Below are positions 42,025-51,596 of a stretch of DNA of 64,000 nt, in pieces. The position numbers were made by a program, and so were the translations under genes. Origin of the DNA: an uncultured Planctomycetota bacterium (GTDB taxonomy: Bacteria; Planctomycetota; Planctomycetia; Isosphaerales; Isosphaeraceae); the NCBI GenBank assembly GCA_963823665.1, contig CAWGMQ010000005.1, forward strand, positions 800,001-864,000, given 5' to 3'. The notes beneath the pieces were generated by a model. The model was not told the origin of the DNA and made no database searches. It saw nothing but the letters and a program-made list of their open reading frames with translations. Numbering within the stretch: the first letter of the stretch is position 1; the number at the start of each line of letters is the position of its first letter.

Positions 42025-42642
42025 TTAACCTGCCACGTGTTGCAGCGTCATGCCGTGTGACGCCAGGTTGGCGAACATCTTGGCGAGTAACGCCTCGTCG
42101 AACTCGGGCAGTTTGAATTCCGTCAGCACGTCGGACTCGGGCTCGTAGACCTTGAGCTTGACCGGCTCGGTCTCGGGCTCGGCACCCACGGGTCCGGGCT
42201 CCACGCCCCTGGCCATGGCATGAAGCCGCAGCCCACATCGCGGCGTCAGCCTGGGCGAACCGCTCAGCCAGGGCCGCGACCGGCAGCTTGCCGAGCGGAC
42301 TCGGCTTCGCATCTCGGGGGATTTCCGCCACCGCACTCGGCTCTCGCCCGGGGTTTCTTCTTGTCACTGCTCTTAATCTTTGACCACGACCGCTGCATGT
42401 CGGCCTGATCTATCTTCTCGGCCATTGCTTTTGGCCAAAGCCATCTGCATGTTGTCATCGCCGGCCACGGCCGCCAGCCCGTCTTCGGAGAACTCGCCTT
42501 CGAGGGCCAGAGCCGCCGCCATTTTCTTCGACATTAGATTCATGGCTCGATGCTGGATGGTGTCCTTGTAGTAGAGGTAATACACGTAGCACTCGCGCGG
42601 CTGCCCAATTCGCCAGGCCCTTCGTGCGGCTTGCCGCATGTC
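42025..42642 (-). pseudogene. Helicase C-terminal fragment (ICE/phage-type SF2), frameshifted
   Basis: RQAARRAWRIGQ...YLYY-x-DTIQ-x-RAM-x-LM-x-x-K...EG (motif VI region); upstream part missing. Confidence 0.65.
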
Positions 42643-42935
42643 AACGTGCGTACTTTTCCACACGCCGATCGCCTTATTCTTTTGTCGAAGGGAGCCGGAT
42701 CGCCTTGAGGCATTGTTACACGCAACGTGTGCGCCCGGCCCCCCACGCCGGCGGAGGCGGCACCACCCCCCACGCGGGAGGAAAACGCGACGAGCGACAT
42801 CCACCGAGCAGCCGTCATCTTGTTCATGATGATCGCAATCACTCGTTTGCGCGTTTATCGCGATCGCTTATCCTGATTGTCAACGGCTCCGCGCCGTCGC
42901 AAGGCTCCTCCATCTAGCTAAGATTCGAAAGGAGC

Positions 42936-42968
42936 CGGGGGCAGGGAGTTTTATGCTCCCTGCCCCCG
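42936..42968. terminator. 13 bp perfect hairpin, possible terminator
   Basis: CGGGGGCAGGGAG-TTTTATG-CTCCCTGCCCCCG; no clear U-tract. Confidence 0.45.
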
Positions 42969-43105
42969 ATAATCCGCAGCAACTCGTCCGGCGGCTATGA
43001 TCTTATCGCACGCTTCGGAAAACTTTCCAGATCTACCGCACCACTGTTAGTGAACCTCGCGAAGGGTGCGTTTCCGGCTCAAGGCGATCCAGCTTTCGCT
43101 AGATC

Positions 43106-43266
43106 CGGCCTGCCTGCTTGCTGCATCGCCAAAGCGACACATTTGTCTCAAATGTTCCGACGGTTTTGTTACCTCGACCGCCGCTCCGAGAGCTACCGGC
43201 TGGAGCGACCCAGTTGCCGGGTGGGAATTGCACCCACTGAAGAACAACACCTTCTACACGGCGCAC
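43106..43266 (-). mobile_element. Group II (IIC-like) intron 5' fragment, copy a
   Basis: begins GTGCGCCGTG directly after GGTCAGACCTATT; similar to three other copies; no RT ORF, no domain V seen. Confidence 0.7.
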
Positions 43267-43466
43267 AATAGGTCTGACCACCAGGATGAGCGTCTTGAGC
43301 CGGTCGCGGACGCCTGAAAAGGCAGTGAGCAAAAAAAACGCCGCCAGCCCTTTCCTGCGTGATCGCAGGGAGCCGACGGCGTGATCTAGTACGAAGGTGA
43401 TCGTTTCCGGAGGCTGCTGGACCGGATTGAGAAACTCGTTGAATTCCAGTCCAGCGGCCTGATACT

Positions 43467-44513
43467 TCAGCGGCTTCGCCGGCGGTTGCTTTTCGGGGCC
43501 GCAACCACTTGACCGTCGAGCTCATCAAGTACCCGGATGACCTCGCGGGCCTGCTGAGCGAGCGTCTTGATCTGCGAGCTGGACCCGGCTGCCTGGCTCT
43601 CCGCCCTGGCAGCACCTGCGCGGTTCCCCGGTGCTTTGTCATTGCTGGCTGCACCCGAGGAGCCCGGACCGTTCTCATGCAGGCTGGCCACGATCTCGTT
43701 CACGGACTCGCGTCCGTCGGCTGCCATGGACTTCGCGTGGTTCCGCAATTGCTGGACCGCCGCATCGTTAGCACCCATGTCGCGCACGGAATGATTGAGC
43801 TCAAACGCATTGAGGGACTCTTTCACAGCGTGATTGATGAGGGTGAACATGGTGACGTCGGCCGTCGTGAACTGAAATTCGCCGGAGCCCACCTGAGCAC
43901 TGCGGCCCTTGCGATTCCGGGTCGAATCAGCCTTTTCAGCCTGGCCCTGATCTGCGGTTGACCGGTCTGCCGGCTTCGAGCCCGCGTCCCAGCCACACTC
44001 TCTGGCGATGGAATTCAGCGAGTTCGCGTAGACGTTTGCCACAGCGTGGAGTTGCGACGCCCCAGCACGGTCTCCGCGAGCCTCAGTTTCTCCACGAATC
44101 AGCCGATCGCTCGCCGTCATCAACTCGTGGCTGTTCTCGAACGACTTGCGGACCTGCTGCTCTAGCTGAATCTGGCAGCCGCGGCCGTCTTCGCTCACTG
44201 AGCGAGCCGCCGCGCCGGGAGCAACATTCGTGGCGGCAGAAGCGTTCACGCCCGCACCACCTGAACCAGAGATCGCACGGTCGCCGGTGCCGGCAGCACC
44301 CGCAGAGCAAGCCTGGTGGATGGTCAGTTGCAACTCGCTGCCTTCGATCGCCATGCCGAGAGCATGCGTGATCAGCAACTGATTGCTTTGTCCCGTCGAA
44401 CCACCCGATTTGCTGGCTGAATCCTGACCTTGACCCCGCGCGGTCGACAGACCGACCGCCGTGGCAGCCAACAGACCAAGCGCACCCACCAACCGAATCT
44501 TTACTTGTCTCAT
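43467..44513 (-). CDS. Secreted hypothetical protein, copy 1
   Basis: 348 aa; signal peptide; two related helical blocks LITHALGMAIEG / LINHAVKESLNA. Confidence 0.75.
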   Translation of the reverse strand: MRQVKIRLVGALGLLAATAVGLSTARGQGQDSASKSGGSTGQSNQLLITHALGMAIEGSELQLTIHQACSAGAAGTGDRAISGSGGAGVNASAATNVAPGAAARSVSEDGRGCQIQLEQQVRKSFENSHELMTASDRLIRGETEARGDRAGASQLHAVANVYANSLNSIARECGWDAGSKPADRSTADQGQAEKADSTRNRKGRSAQVGSGEFQFTTADVTMFTLINHAVKESLNAFELNHSVRDMGANDAAVQQLRNHAKSMAADGRESVNEIVASLHENGPGSSGAASNDKAPGNRAGAARAESQAAGSSSQIKTLAQQAREVIRVLDELDGQVVAAPKSNRRRSR

Positions 44514-44604
44514 AACCTACTCTTCTTGTTGAACAATCCTCAAACTCTCTGCGCACATCCCACAGTCGTAGAACGACGGATGGCATGGGATGCCGACGCG
44601 GGAC

Positions 44605-44670
44605 ATTGTCGACGCTGATCCCATCAAATGCAAGAAAAATTATTTTTTCATTAATTTAATATTTCAATGC
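44605..44670 (-). promoter_or_regulatory. Putative sigma70 promoter with AT-rich UP element (second copy at 51688-51753)
   Basis: minus strand TTGCAT-17 bp-GACAAT, preceded by ~35 bp of almost pure A/T, ~90 bp upstream of the gene. Confidence 0.55.
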
Positions 44671-44893
44671 TCCTTATCTGACGCAACGGCGAGCTGGCAT
44701 GGCACTTCTGATCAGAGTCAACGGAGACGACACGAAAGAACCAGCGCAGAATTCGGCCGCGACACTGAAAATCACGATGAAGGCGCGACGGGCGTCGGGC
44801 GGGCGGGTGGGTGGGTGACGTATCGTGCTAAGAAGTGGCCTAATTAAAGATTCTCGGCGAAGCTGCCGAACACCTTTCTGATGGACATCACCT

Positions 44894-45671
44894 TTGAGTG
44901 CGTGTATTGAGGCTCCAGTGAGAAAACCAAGGTTTCGTCGCTCGCTTCGAGAAATCCTCAGCGCTGTCTTGAGGCTAGCTTCCCGCGACGAAGAGGCTGA
45001 TTTTTTTGCCAGCCTTTCGGACGTCGAAATGGATCGCTGGTTGTTTCGTACCGCGGTTCATGAGGCTGGGCACGCCGTCGTCGCGATCAAGACCGGGCTC
45101 GGATTGAGATCCGTCAGCATCGTGCCCCGTTCGTACAAAGGAATCGTATTCCTTGGTGTCACCAACATCCCGCCGTCCGACCTATCGCTGCTCTCAAGAA
45201 TCGCTGGGAAGGGCGAATCGGCTGCGCTGCCGCTCACGGCGTTTCTGCTCGCGGGTTCATTGAGCGAGGAATGGCTGGGTGGGAGACGCCTGGCGGAGGC
45301 TGGCTCTCTTGTGGATTACAGGTGCGCATCTCATGGCGCTGGTGGTGGCGTTGTGCGGTCGAGCGCCAGTATCGAAAGCCCGGCGAATGAGCAAGATGCC
45401 CGAGATCGAAGTTGCGGTCAGGAATGCCATGATCGAGGCGCACATGGCCCTATTCGGATGCGAACCGATCGTTCGACGAATCGCAACCGCGCTCATCAAA
45501 GAGCGGCGTCTTACAGGAGACGAGGTCATCGCGATCATGGACGGACGCGGCAAGAAGGAAAAAACGAACAAGCGGTTGCGGCGACGTTCCGCGAGTGCGG
45601 AGGGCGGCAAGTTCGGCCCAAGACGAGGCGCAGAGGACAGGAGATCGCCAGCAGGAAGGCGACCGGTCTAA
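44894..45671 (+). CDS. Stand-alone M41 (FtsH protease-domain-like) metallopeptidase (frameshift ~45330)
   Basis: TAVHEAGHAVVA...VSIVP...LAG-x-x-SE...D; next frame IA-x-ALI-x-x-R-x-LTGDEV. Confidence 0.65.
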
Positions 45672-45695
45672 GCAACGACTAGTGCCTTGCAGGAG

Positions 45696-46093
45696 GAATG
45701 ATGCGATGCGCCCGCGTCCATCTGAAAGGATGCGATCGACGGAAGCGGGTGCGGACGATCGGCGCAGCGCGGGCGACGCGGGTCACCTCGACTGCGCGGC
45801 GTTCGTTGTTTATCGGGCGGGGCAGGCGGCGAGGTTAGCGAGGTGGTGGACCCCCAAGACGTCGTGCGCCTCCTAATGCAAGGTCGGTGTCCACATTGGT
45901 CGTTTCGAGGCCTGCTCGACGTTCACTCACGTTACGGCCTGCCTGCTCGCTGCATCGCCAAAGCGACACATTTGTCTCGAAGGCTCCGACGGTTTCGTTA
46001 CGTTCACCGCCGCTCCGATAGCTACCGGCTGGAGCGACCCAGATGCCGGGTGGGAGTTGCACCCAGTGAAGACCAACACCTTTCACGGCGCAC
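45696..46093 (-). mobile_element. Group II intron 5' fragment, copy b, plus a ~175 nt extension shared with copy d
   Basis: GTGCGCCGTG start after GGGGTCAGACCCTAGT; intron-like part 45872-46093. Confidence 0.7.
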
Positions 46094-46156
46094 ACTAGGG
46101 TCTGACCCCGGGGAAGGTCTGACCCCGGGGATGGGGTGATGTCGGGAGCAGAGCCT

Positions 46157-46459
46157 TTATGTCTTCAAAACGTCCTTAATGCTGCCGCCGAGGGCGAATA
46201 ATCCGTGAAACATCTGGTCGAGCGAGACGTCGGTGGCGCCGGACTCCATTCTGGCAATCCGTGGCTGGCTTGTATTCAGACGCCGCGCTGTTTGGGCTTG
46301 GGTAAGCCCGATCCTCTTGCGTCGATCGCGGACTGCTCGGCAGACTGCCAGGCGCAACTGAACGAGCTTCCGCTCTTCTTCGGTCAGCTCCAGAAAATCT
46401 TCGGCATCCTCGAAAATCACGCCGGCTGATTGGAGAGCCTTCTTTCTTGGTGCGTTCAT
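46157..46459 (-). CDS. XRE HTH antitoxin (HigA-like)
   Basis: R-x-x-x-GLTQAQ-x-A-x-RL-x-TSQPRIARMESG; overlaps the toxin stop by 4 nt. Confidence 0.85.
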   Translation of the reverse strand: MNAPRKKALQSAGVIFEDAEDFLELTEEERKLVQLRLAVCRAVRDRRKRIGLTQAQTARRLNTSQPRIARMESGATDVSLDQMFHGLFALGGSIKDVLKT

Positions 46460-46824
46460 CTCTTCCCTCCCGTCTTTGTGGCTTTGACGACTTTGTCGTA
46501 TTCCCTGAGTCGGCTCTTGGATCTTTCGAGGTCTTGCTGGGTCGTCTTTTGGGTCGTCTTTGAGAAGACATCAGCAACGACGATTGCCTCTGGATCGATG
46601 CGGTAAATGACGCGCCAGATCCGGTTTTCGTCGGTGACCCTCAGTTCATGACACCGAGGGCCGATGGAAGGCATGGGTCGTGAGTGTGGTAATCCAAGGG
46701 ATTCGCCATCCTGGAGTTGGGACAATAGCACTCCAACCTCAACTCTTGCGTTTTTGGACAAGGGCGGAGTTTTGATCCAATCGCCAAGCCTCGTCAGTTG
46801 CTTTCGAGCTGATTCCTTGGCCAT
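46456..46824 (-). CDS. RelE/HigB (Gp49-like) toxin
   Basis: LPHSRPMPSIG-x-x-CHELRV, WRVIYRID, F-x-K-x-TQKT; toxin-first gene order. Confidence 0.85.
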   Translation of the reverse strand: MAKESARKQLTRLGDWIKTPPLSKNARVEVGVLLSQLQDGESLGLPHSRPMPSIGPRCHELRVTDENRIWRVIYRIDPEAIVVADVFSKTTQKTTQQDLERSKSRLREYDKVVKATKTGGKR

Positions 46825-47002
46825 GATTCCTCGAGCGCGTGATTTCCGTAGCTTCGAGTTTATACTATTTACGGTATATCGTCAATTAAGTTTGGCCATT
46901 GATTCGGGGTGCCGAATCCGACCGAAGCACATAGCATTGGGTCGATTCGACTTGGCGCCCGCAAACAGCGTGTATCGGGCGGGCGACGAGCGTCGCATGG
47001 GG

Positions 47003-47335
47003 TGCCTGGCATTCGTCGTCATTACCCCGGTGGCCCGCTGGGCCTTGATCGCTCGTGGGACGGCCTATTCCAACCGTTTCCCTGTACCCAGCGGCTGCGG
47101 CCTTCCCCATCCTAATGCAAGGTTGGCGTCCACATTGGTCGTTTCGAGGCCTGCTCGACGTTCACTGGTTATTACGGCCTGTCGGTTCGCCGAGTCGCCA
47201 AGCGACCCGTTTTTCGCGACGGCTCCGACGCTTTCGTTTCCTCCCCGCGTCGCTTCGATAGCTACCGGCTAGAACGACCCAGATGCCGGGTGGGAGTTGC
47301 ACCCAATGAAGACCAACACCTTCTACACGGCGCAC
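47003..47335 (-). mobile_element. Group II intron 5' fragment, copy c (longest intron-like stretch)
   Basis: GTGCGCCGTG start after GGTCAGACCTAGT; continues through GGGGAAGGCCGC and ACCGGGGTAATGACGACG. Confidence 0.7.
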
Positions 47336-47699
47336 ACTAGGTCTGACCCCCCAGGATGAAAGGAGGTCTGACCCCCAGGATGACCCCCAGGAGGTGTTGC
47401 GCGTGGGGGTAAGTGATCCGGGCCAAGGACTGGAAGAGCGGATTGACTTTTGCTGCCAGTGTCGCGAATGGTTCAGCGAGCGACTTGCGGCGGCTTCGCC
47501 AAATCGAACCGGCGGCGGAACGCAGCCCTCACGAACTCAAACAATCGATTCAGGTTAGAGCGTAGAATGCCGAATATAGGCTTTATTAAACTGTTCTTCG
47601 GCTTGTCGGTTGAGCGACGGGTCGTTGACAACTTTCCGCGAGCCAGACATCCTAAAGATTGCTAAGTATATGGTTGTGAGACGTAGGACGCGATCGAAA

Positions 47700-48494
47700 A
47701 TGGCTTTTCCGCAATCTGAGAGGGTGGTTTATCCGGTCAACCCTCTCGACGAGGTGATTTGCCAACTGCGGTATCCTACAATTCTTAGGATTGAATCGGA
47801 GCCCCCGGTCACATTCCAAGAGCGCGTCCGCGGAACGTTTCCGTTATACAAGAACAGCCCGGGCATCCAATTCGGCATTGGTATCCCACCGAACGTGCTG
47901 GAATTCATGGGAAAGGATCTGCCGTTTGGAGGGGGGCAACAGACCCACGAGTTTAAATCGAAGGACGAAAACTGGACGGTAACGCTCGCAAAGGAATCCC
48001 TGGCTCTCACGTGCAACCAATACACGCGGTGGGAGGACTTCCGCCAGCGCCTATCGAACACCCTAGGCACGCTTCTCGAGATCTACGCTCCCAGTTTTTT
48101 TGTGCGCGTTGGTTTGCGATATAGGAACATTATTCGGAGATCTCGCCTGGGTTTGGATGGCGTCGAATGGTCCGATTTGATAAGTCCCTGGATCGCAGGC
48201 GCATATTCTTCGCCCGAACTGAAATCGGAAGTCGAACATAGCCTACTCCAGACGGTGGTTAAACTACCGAACCACAACGGTCGAGCCCTGATCTCGAGTG
48301 GCACGGTCAAAGAGAGGGCGACAAGCGAGATATGCTACATGATCGACGCCGATTTTTTTATAGATCAACACACGGAGTGCAGCGATGCCCTTGAACGACT
48401 TAATTTCCTTAACCGACAGTCAGCCAGTTTCTTCCAGTTCTGCATCGGAGAGCGCCTTCAGAGCGCACTTCGCGCTAAGCCCGATGGGCGGTGA
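47700..48494 (+). CDS. TIGR04255-family protein
   Basis: Y-x-x-NPL-x-EVICQLRYP, Y-x-RWEDF, RVGLRYRN-x-I, IDAD. Confidence 0.8.
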   Translation: MAFPQSERVVYPVNPLDEVICQLRYPTILRIESEPPVTFQERVRGTFPLYKNSPGIQFGIGIPPNVLEFMGKDLPFGGGQQTHEFKSKDENWTVTLAKESLALTCNQYTRWEDFRQRLSNTLGTLLEIYAPSFFVRVGLRYRNIIRRSRLGLDGVEWSDLISPWIAGAYSSPELKSEVEHSLLQTVVKLPNHNGRALISSGTVKERATSEICYMIDADFFIDQHTECSDALERLNFLNRQSASFFQFCIGERLQSALRAKPDGR

Positions 48495-48831
48495 CTGGGA
48501 TACATGCCGCGAACTTCCCGGATTCAGCCTATGTATGGAGACCGAATCGCGAACCGGCCGGGTTGATTATTGGCTTAGCCTGAGAATACCGGGCACCTCT
48601 GGCGGCAGCGAGTTTCCAGAAGACGTCAGGTACAGGCTGCGCTGTTTCTGTTTTCTCGCATATCTTCCGACGGAAGCACTCCAAGAGGCGGCGGAAACCC
48701 TCAAAAGCATGTGGGAATACTATCGCGTCCCATTCGTGCCCGTACGGTCGCTTCCGACTGCGCCAGCTCAAGTCATCGAGCTCGGCCAGAGCTACACCCG
48801 GCCCACATTTCAGGTGAACGAGGACGACTGA
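48484..48831 (+). CDS. Small hypothetical protein (start uncertain: 48484 or 48535)
   Basis: sits between two tightly coupled genes; helical core with an extended C-terminal tail. Confidence 0.55.
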   Translation: MGGDWDTCRELPGFSLCMETESRTGRVDYWLSLRIPGTSGGSEFPEDVRYRLRCFCFLAYLPTEALQEAAETLKSMWEYYRVPFVPVRSLPTAPAQVIELGQSYTRPTFQVNEDD

Positions 48832-48832
48832 A

Positions 48833-49414
48833 TTGGGTGACGCGCCTGCGATTTACACGAATTCAAGCGCAGGTGCTGATCGCCAACTCGATCAAGGCGA
48901 GATTCTTTCCGATTTAGTGCATGTGCACATAGACGTGCCCTCGCTCGTTACTCCACCGCTCAAAGTCGTCGCCAAGCAGCATCCATTGGCAATTATTCTG
49001 AGCCAGGGATGCGACCTCGAGCAAGACTTCTTTGCTCGGCTCAGGGGGGAAACTTCTAGCAAAGTGGTCCCGACGATACTGTTCTGCGAGGTCATGATCG
49101 CAACCGAGATTTATAATACCGCGGAAGTGAATAGAAGAGTCTGGGATCAAATAAAGATCAACAAACACGAGCGATACCATTTCTTTCAGGCGGTCGGCGA
49201 GATCTTTGACGGAATGGGTTCAGGTCTGGCCGAGTGCGTCGCCGACTTTAAAAGATTCTTCGCGATACCCGCGGATGAAGTTTATGAGCGTATCAAGGCC
49301 GGAGAAGCAAAGAGAAGATGCTCGCTCGCTAGTCCATATCTAGAGCACTCTAGCCATCGCTTTGCTAACTTTCTGAGCCGGGTCGCGCTTCCTCAAGACC
49401 ACGCTAGCGCATAA
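48833..49414 (+). CDS. Hypothetical protein with QG-x-I and SQ-x-CD motifs (possible PemK/MazF-like fold)
   Basis: LDQGEIL...AIILSQGCDL...ERYHF...ADFK...L-x-SPY-x-EH...F-x-x-F-x-x-RVALP. Confidence 0.65.
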   Translation: MGDAPAIYTNSSAGADRQLDQGEILSDLVHVHIDVPSLVTPPLKVVAKQHPLAIILSQGCDLEQDFFARLRGETSSKVVPTILFCEVMIATEIYNTAEVNRRVWDQIKINKHERYHFFQAVGEIFDGMGSGLAECVADFKRFFAIPADEVYERIKAGEAKRRCSLASPYLEHSSHRFANFLSRVALPQDHASA

Positions 49415-49539
49415 GGGCTAGGTCACGCATCGTGATTCGAGCTTGGAGGGTAGTCCGTTTGGTCGGCGGTGGGCTAGCCAGCCGACGGAGACGATCCGTC
49501 GTCACTCCAGGCGTGCGCTGGGCCAGAGCTCTGCGGGAA

Positions 49540-49941
49540 GAATGATGCGATGCGCGCGCTGCGCCCGTCTGAAAGATGGGATCGAAGGACGTGGCTGCAG
49601 ATCATCGGCTCACGGCGGGCGACGCCGGTCGCATCGACTGTGCAGCATTCGTTGTTCATCGGGCGCGGTTCCCGGCGAGGTGGGCGAGGTGGTGGACCCC
49701 CAAGACGTCGCGCGCCTCCTAATGAAAGGTCGGCGTCCACATTGGTCGTTTCGAGGCCTGCTCGACGTTCGCTCGTGTTACGGCCTGCCTGCTCGCTGCA
49801 TCGCCAAAGCGACACATTTGTCTCAAATGTTCCGACGGTTTTGTTACCTCGACCGCCGCTCCGAGAGCTACCGGCTGGAGCGACCCAGTTGCCGGATGGG
49901 AGTTTCACCCATTGAAGGCCAACACCTTCTACACGGCGCAC
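49540..49941 (-). mobile_element. Group II intron 5' fragment, copy d, plus extension shared with copy b
   Basis: GTGCGCCGTG start after GGTCAGACCTATT. Confidence 0.7.
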
Positions 49942-49957
49942 AATAGGTCTGACCACC

Positions 49958-50401
49958 AGGAAGGTGCTCGCCTCATTCGAAACCGTCCCGCCCGATCGAC
50001 GGGCGTCGCCCGATTTTCGCAGGGCCGTGGCCGTCTTCGCGCACATCGTCGCCGCGCGTCGGATGTGGCTCTCGCGGTTCGGTGTGATCCCGGCCGCGCC
50101 CGGCGCGCTCTTCCCGGATGACCCCGACATGGCCCGCGTAACAGATTCTTGGAGTGAGGTGCAAGGTCTATTGTCCGATTTCCTCGCCGGCGCCGCCGAC
50201 GCAGACCTGGGCCCTGAGTTCGAGTACCAGAGCCTGGACGCCGGCCGGTTCCGCAATCGCGTCGAGGACATCCTGGCCCAGTTGTTCAGCCACTCCTCTT
50301 TTCATCGGGGCCAGATCGCGATGCTGATCCGGTCGGCCGGAGGTGAGCCGGCGGTCACGGACCTGATCTTCTGGTGCCGTGAGCCGGTCGCGGACGCCTG
50401 A
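49958..50401 (+). pseudogene. DinB-family protein, 5'-truncated
   Basis: H-x-x-x-A-x-x-x-WL-x-R ... DIL-x-QL-x-x-H-x-x-FHRGQIA-x-L-x-R-x-x-G-x-EP-x-x-TD. Confidence 0.75.
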
Positions 50402-50549
50402 AAAGGCAGTGAGCAAAAAAACGCCGCCAGCCCTTTCCTGCGTGATCGCAGGGAGCCGACGGCGTGATCTAGCACGAAGGTGATCGTTTCCGGAGGCTGC
50501 TGGACCGGATTGAGAAACTCGTTGAATTCCAGTCCAGCGGCCTGATACT

Positions 50550-51596
50550 TCAGCGGCTTCGCCGGCGGTTGCTTTTCGGGGCCGCAACCACTTGACCGTC
50601 GAGCTCATCAAGTACCCGGATGACCTCGCGGGCCTGCTGAGCGAGCGTCTTGATTTGCGAGCTGGACCCGGCTGCCTGGCTCTCCGCCCTGGCAGCACCT
50701 GCGCGGTTCCCCGGTGCTTTGTCATTGCTGGCTGCACCCGAGGAGCCCGGACCGTTCTCATGCAGGCTGGCCACGATCTCGTTCACGGACTCGCGTCCGT
50801 CGGCTGCCATGGACTTCGCGTGGTTCCGCAATTGCTGGACCGCCGCATCGTTAGCACCCATGTCGCGCACGGAATGATTGAGCTCAAACGCATTGAGGGA
50901 CTCTTTCACAGCGTGATTGATGAGGGTGAACATGGTGACGTCGGCCGTCGTGAACTGAAATTCGCCGGAGCCCACCTGAGCACTGCGGCCCTTGCGATTC
51001 CGGGTCGAATCAGCCTTTTCAGCCTGGCCCTGATCTGCGGTTGACCGGTCTGCCGGCTTCGAGCCCGCGTCCCAGCCACACTCTCTGGCGATGGAATTCA
51101 GCGAGTTCGCGTAGACGTTTGCCACAGCGTGGAGTTGCGACGCCCCAGCACGGTCTCCGCGAGCCTCAGTTTCTCCACGAATCAGCCGATCGCTCGCCGT
51201 CATCAACTCGTGGCTGTTCTCGAACGACTTGCGGACCTGCTGCTCTAGCTGAATCTGGCAGCCGCGGCCGTCTTCGCTCACTGAGCGAGCCGCCGCGCCG
51301 GGAGCAACATTCGTGGCGGCAGAAGCGTTCACGCCCGCACCACCTGAACCAGAGATCGCACGGTCGCCGGTGCCGGCAGCACCCGCAGAGCAAGCCTGGT
51401 GGATGGTCAGTTGCAACTCGCTGCCTTCGATCGCCATGCCGAGAGCATGCGTGATCAGCAACTGATTGCTTTGTCCCGTCGAACCACCCGATTTGCTGGC
51501 TGAATCCTGACCTTGACCCCGCGCGGTCGACAGACCGACCGCCGTGGCAGCCAACAGACCAAGCGCACCCACCAACCGAATCTTTACTTGTCTCAT
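50550..51596 (-). CDS. Secreted hypothetical protein, copy 2
   Basis: protein identical to 43467-44513. Confidence 0.75.
   Translation of the reverse strand: MRQVKIRLVGALGLLAATAVGLSTARGQGQDSASKSGGSTGQSNQLLITHALGMAIEGSELQLTIHQACSAGAAGTGDRAISGSGGAGVNASAATNVAPGAAARSVSEDGRGCQIQLEQQVRKSFENSHELMTASDRLIRGETEARGDRAGASQLHAVANVYANSLNSIARECGWDAGSKPADRSTADQGQAEKADSTRNRKGRSAQVGSGEFQFTTADVTMFTLINHAVKESLNAFELNHSVRDMGANDAAVQQLRNHAKSMAADGRESVNEIVASLHENGPGSSGAASNDKAPGNRAGAARAESQAAGSSSQIKTLAQQAREVIRVLDELDGQVVAAPKSNRRRSR

Larger units (their letters stand above)
43296..44764. repeat. 1.47 kb direct repeat, copy 1 (copy 2 at 50380-51847)
   Basis: near-identical sequences with a few substitutions and a 1-nt A-run difference. 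Confidence 0.95.

Noticed and set aside
43050..49950. Complete group II intron, retron or DGR
   Set aside because: No reverse transcriptase (no YADD-type ORF) and no domain V seen; differences between repeats are not adenine-specific.
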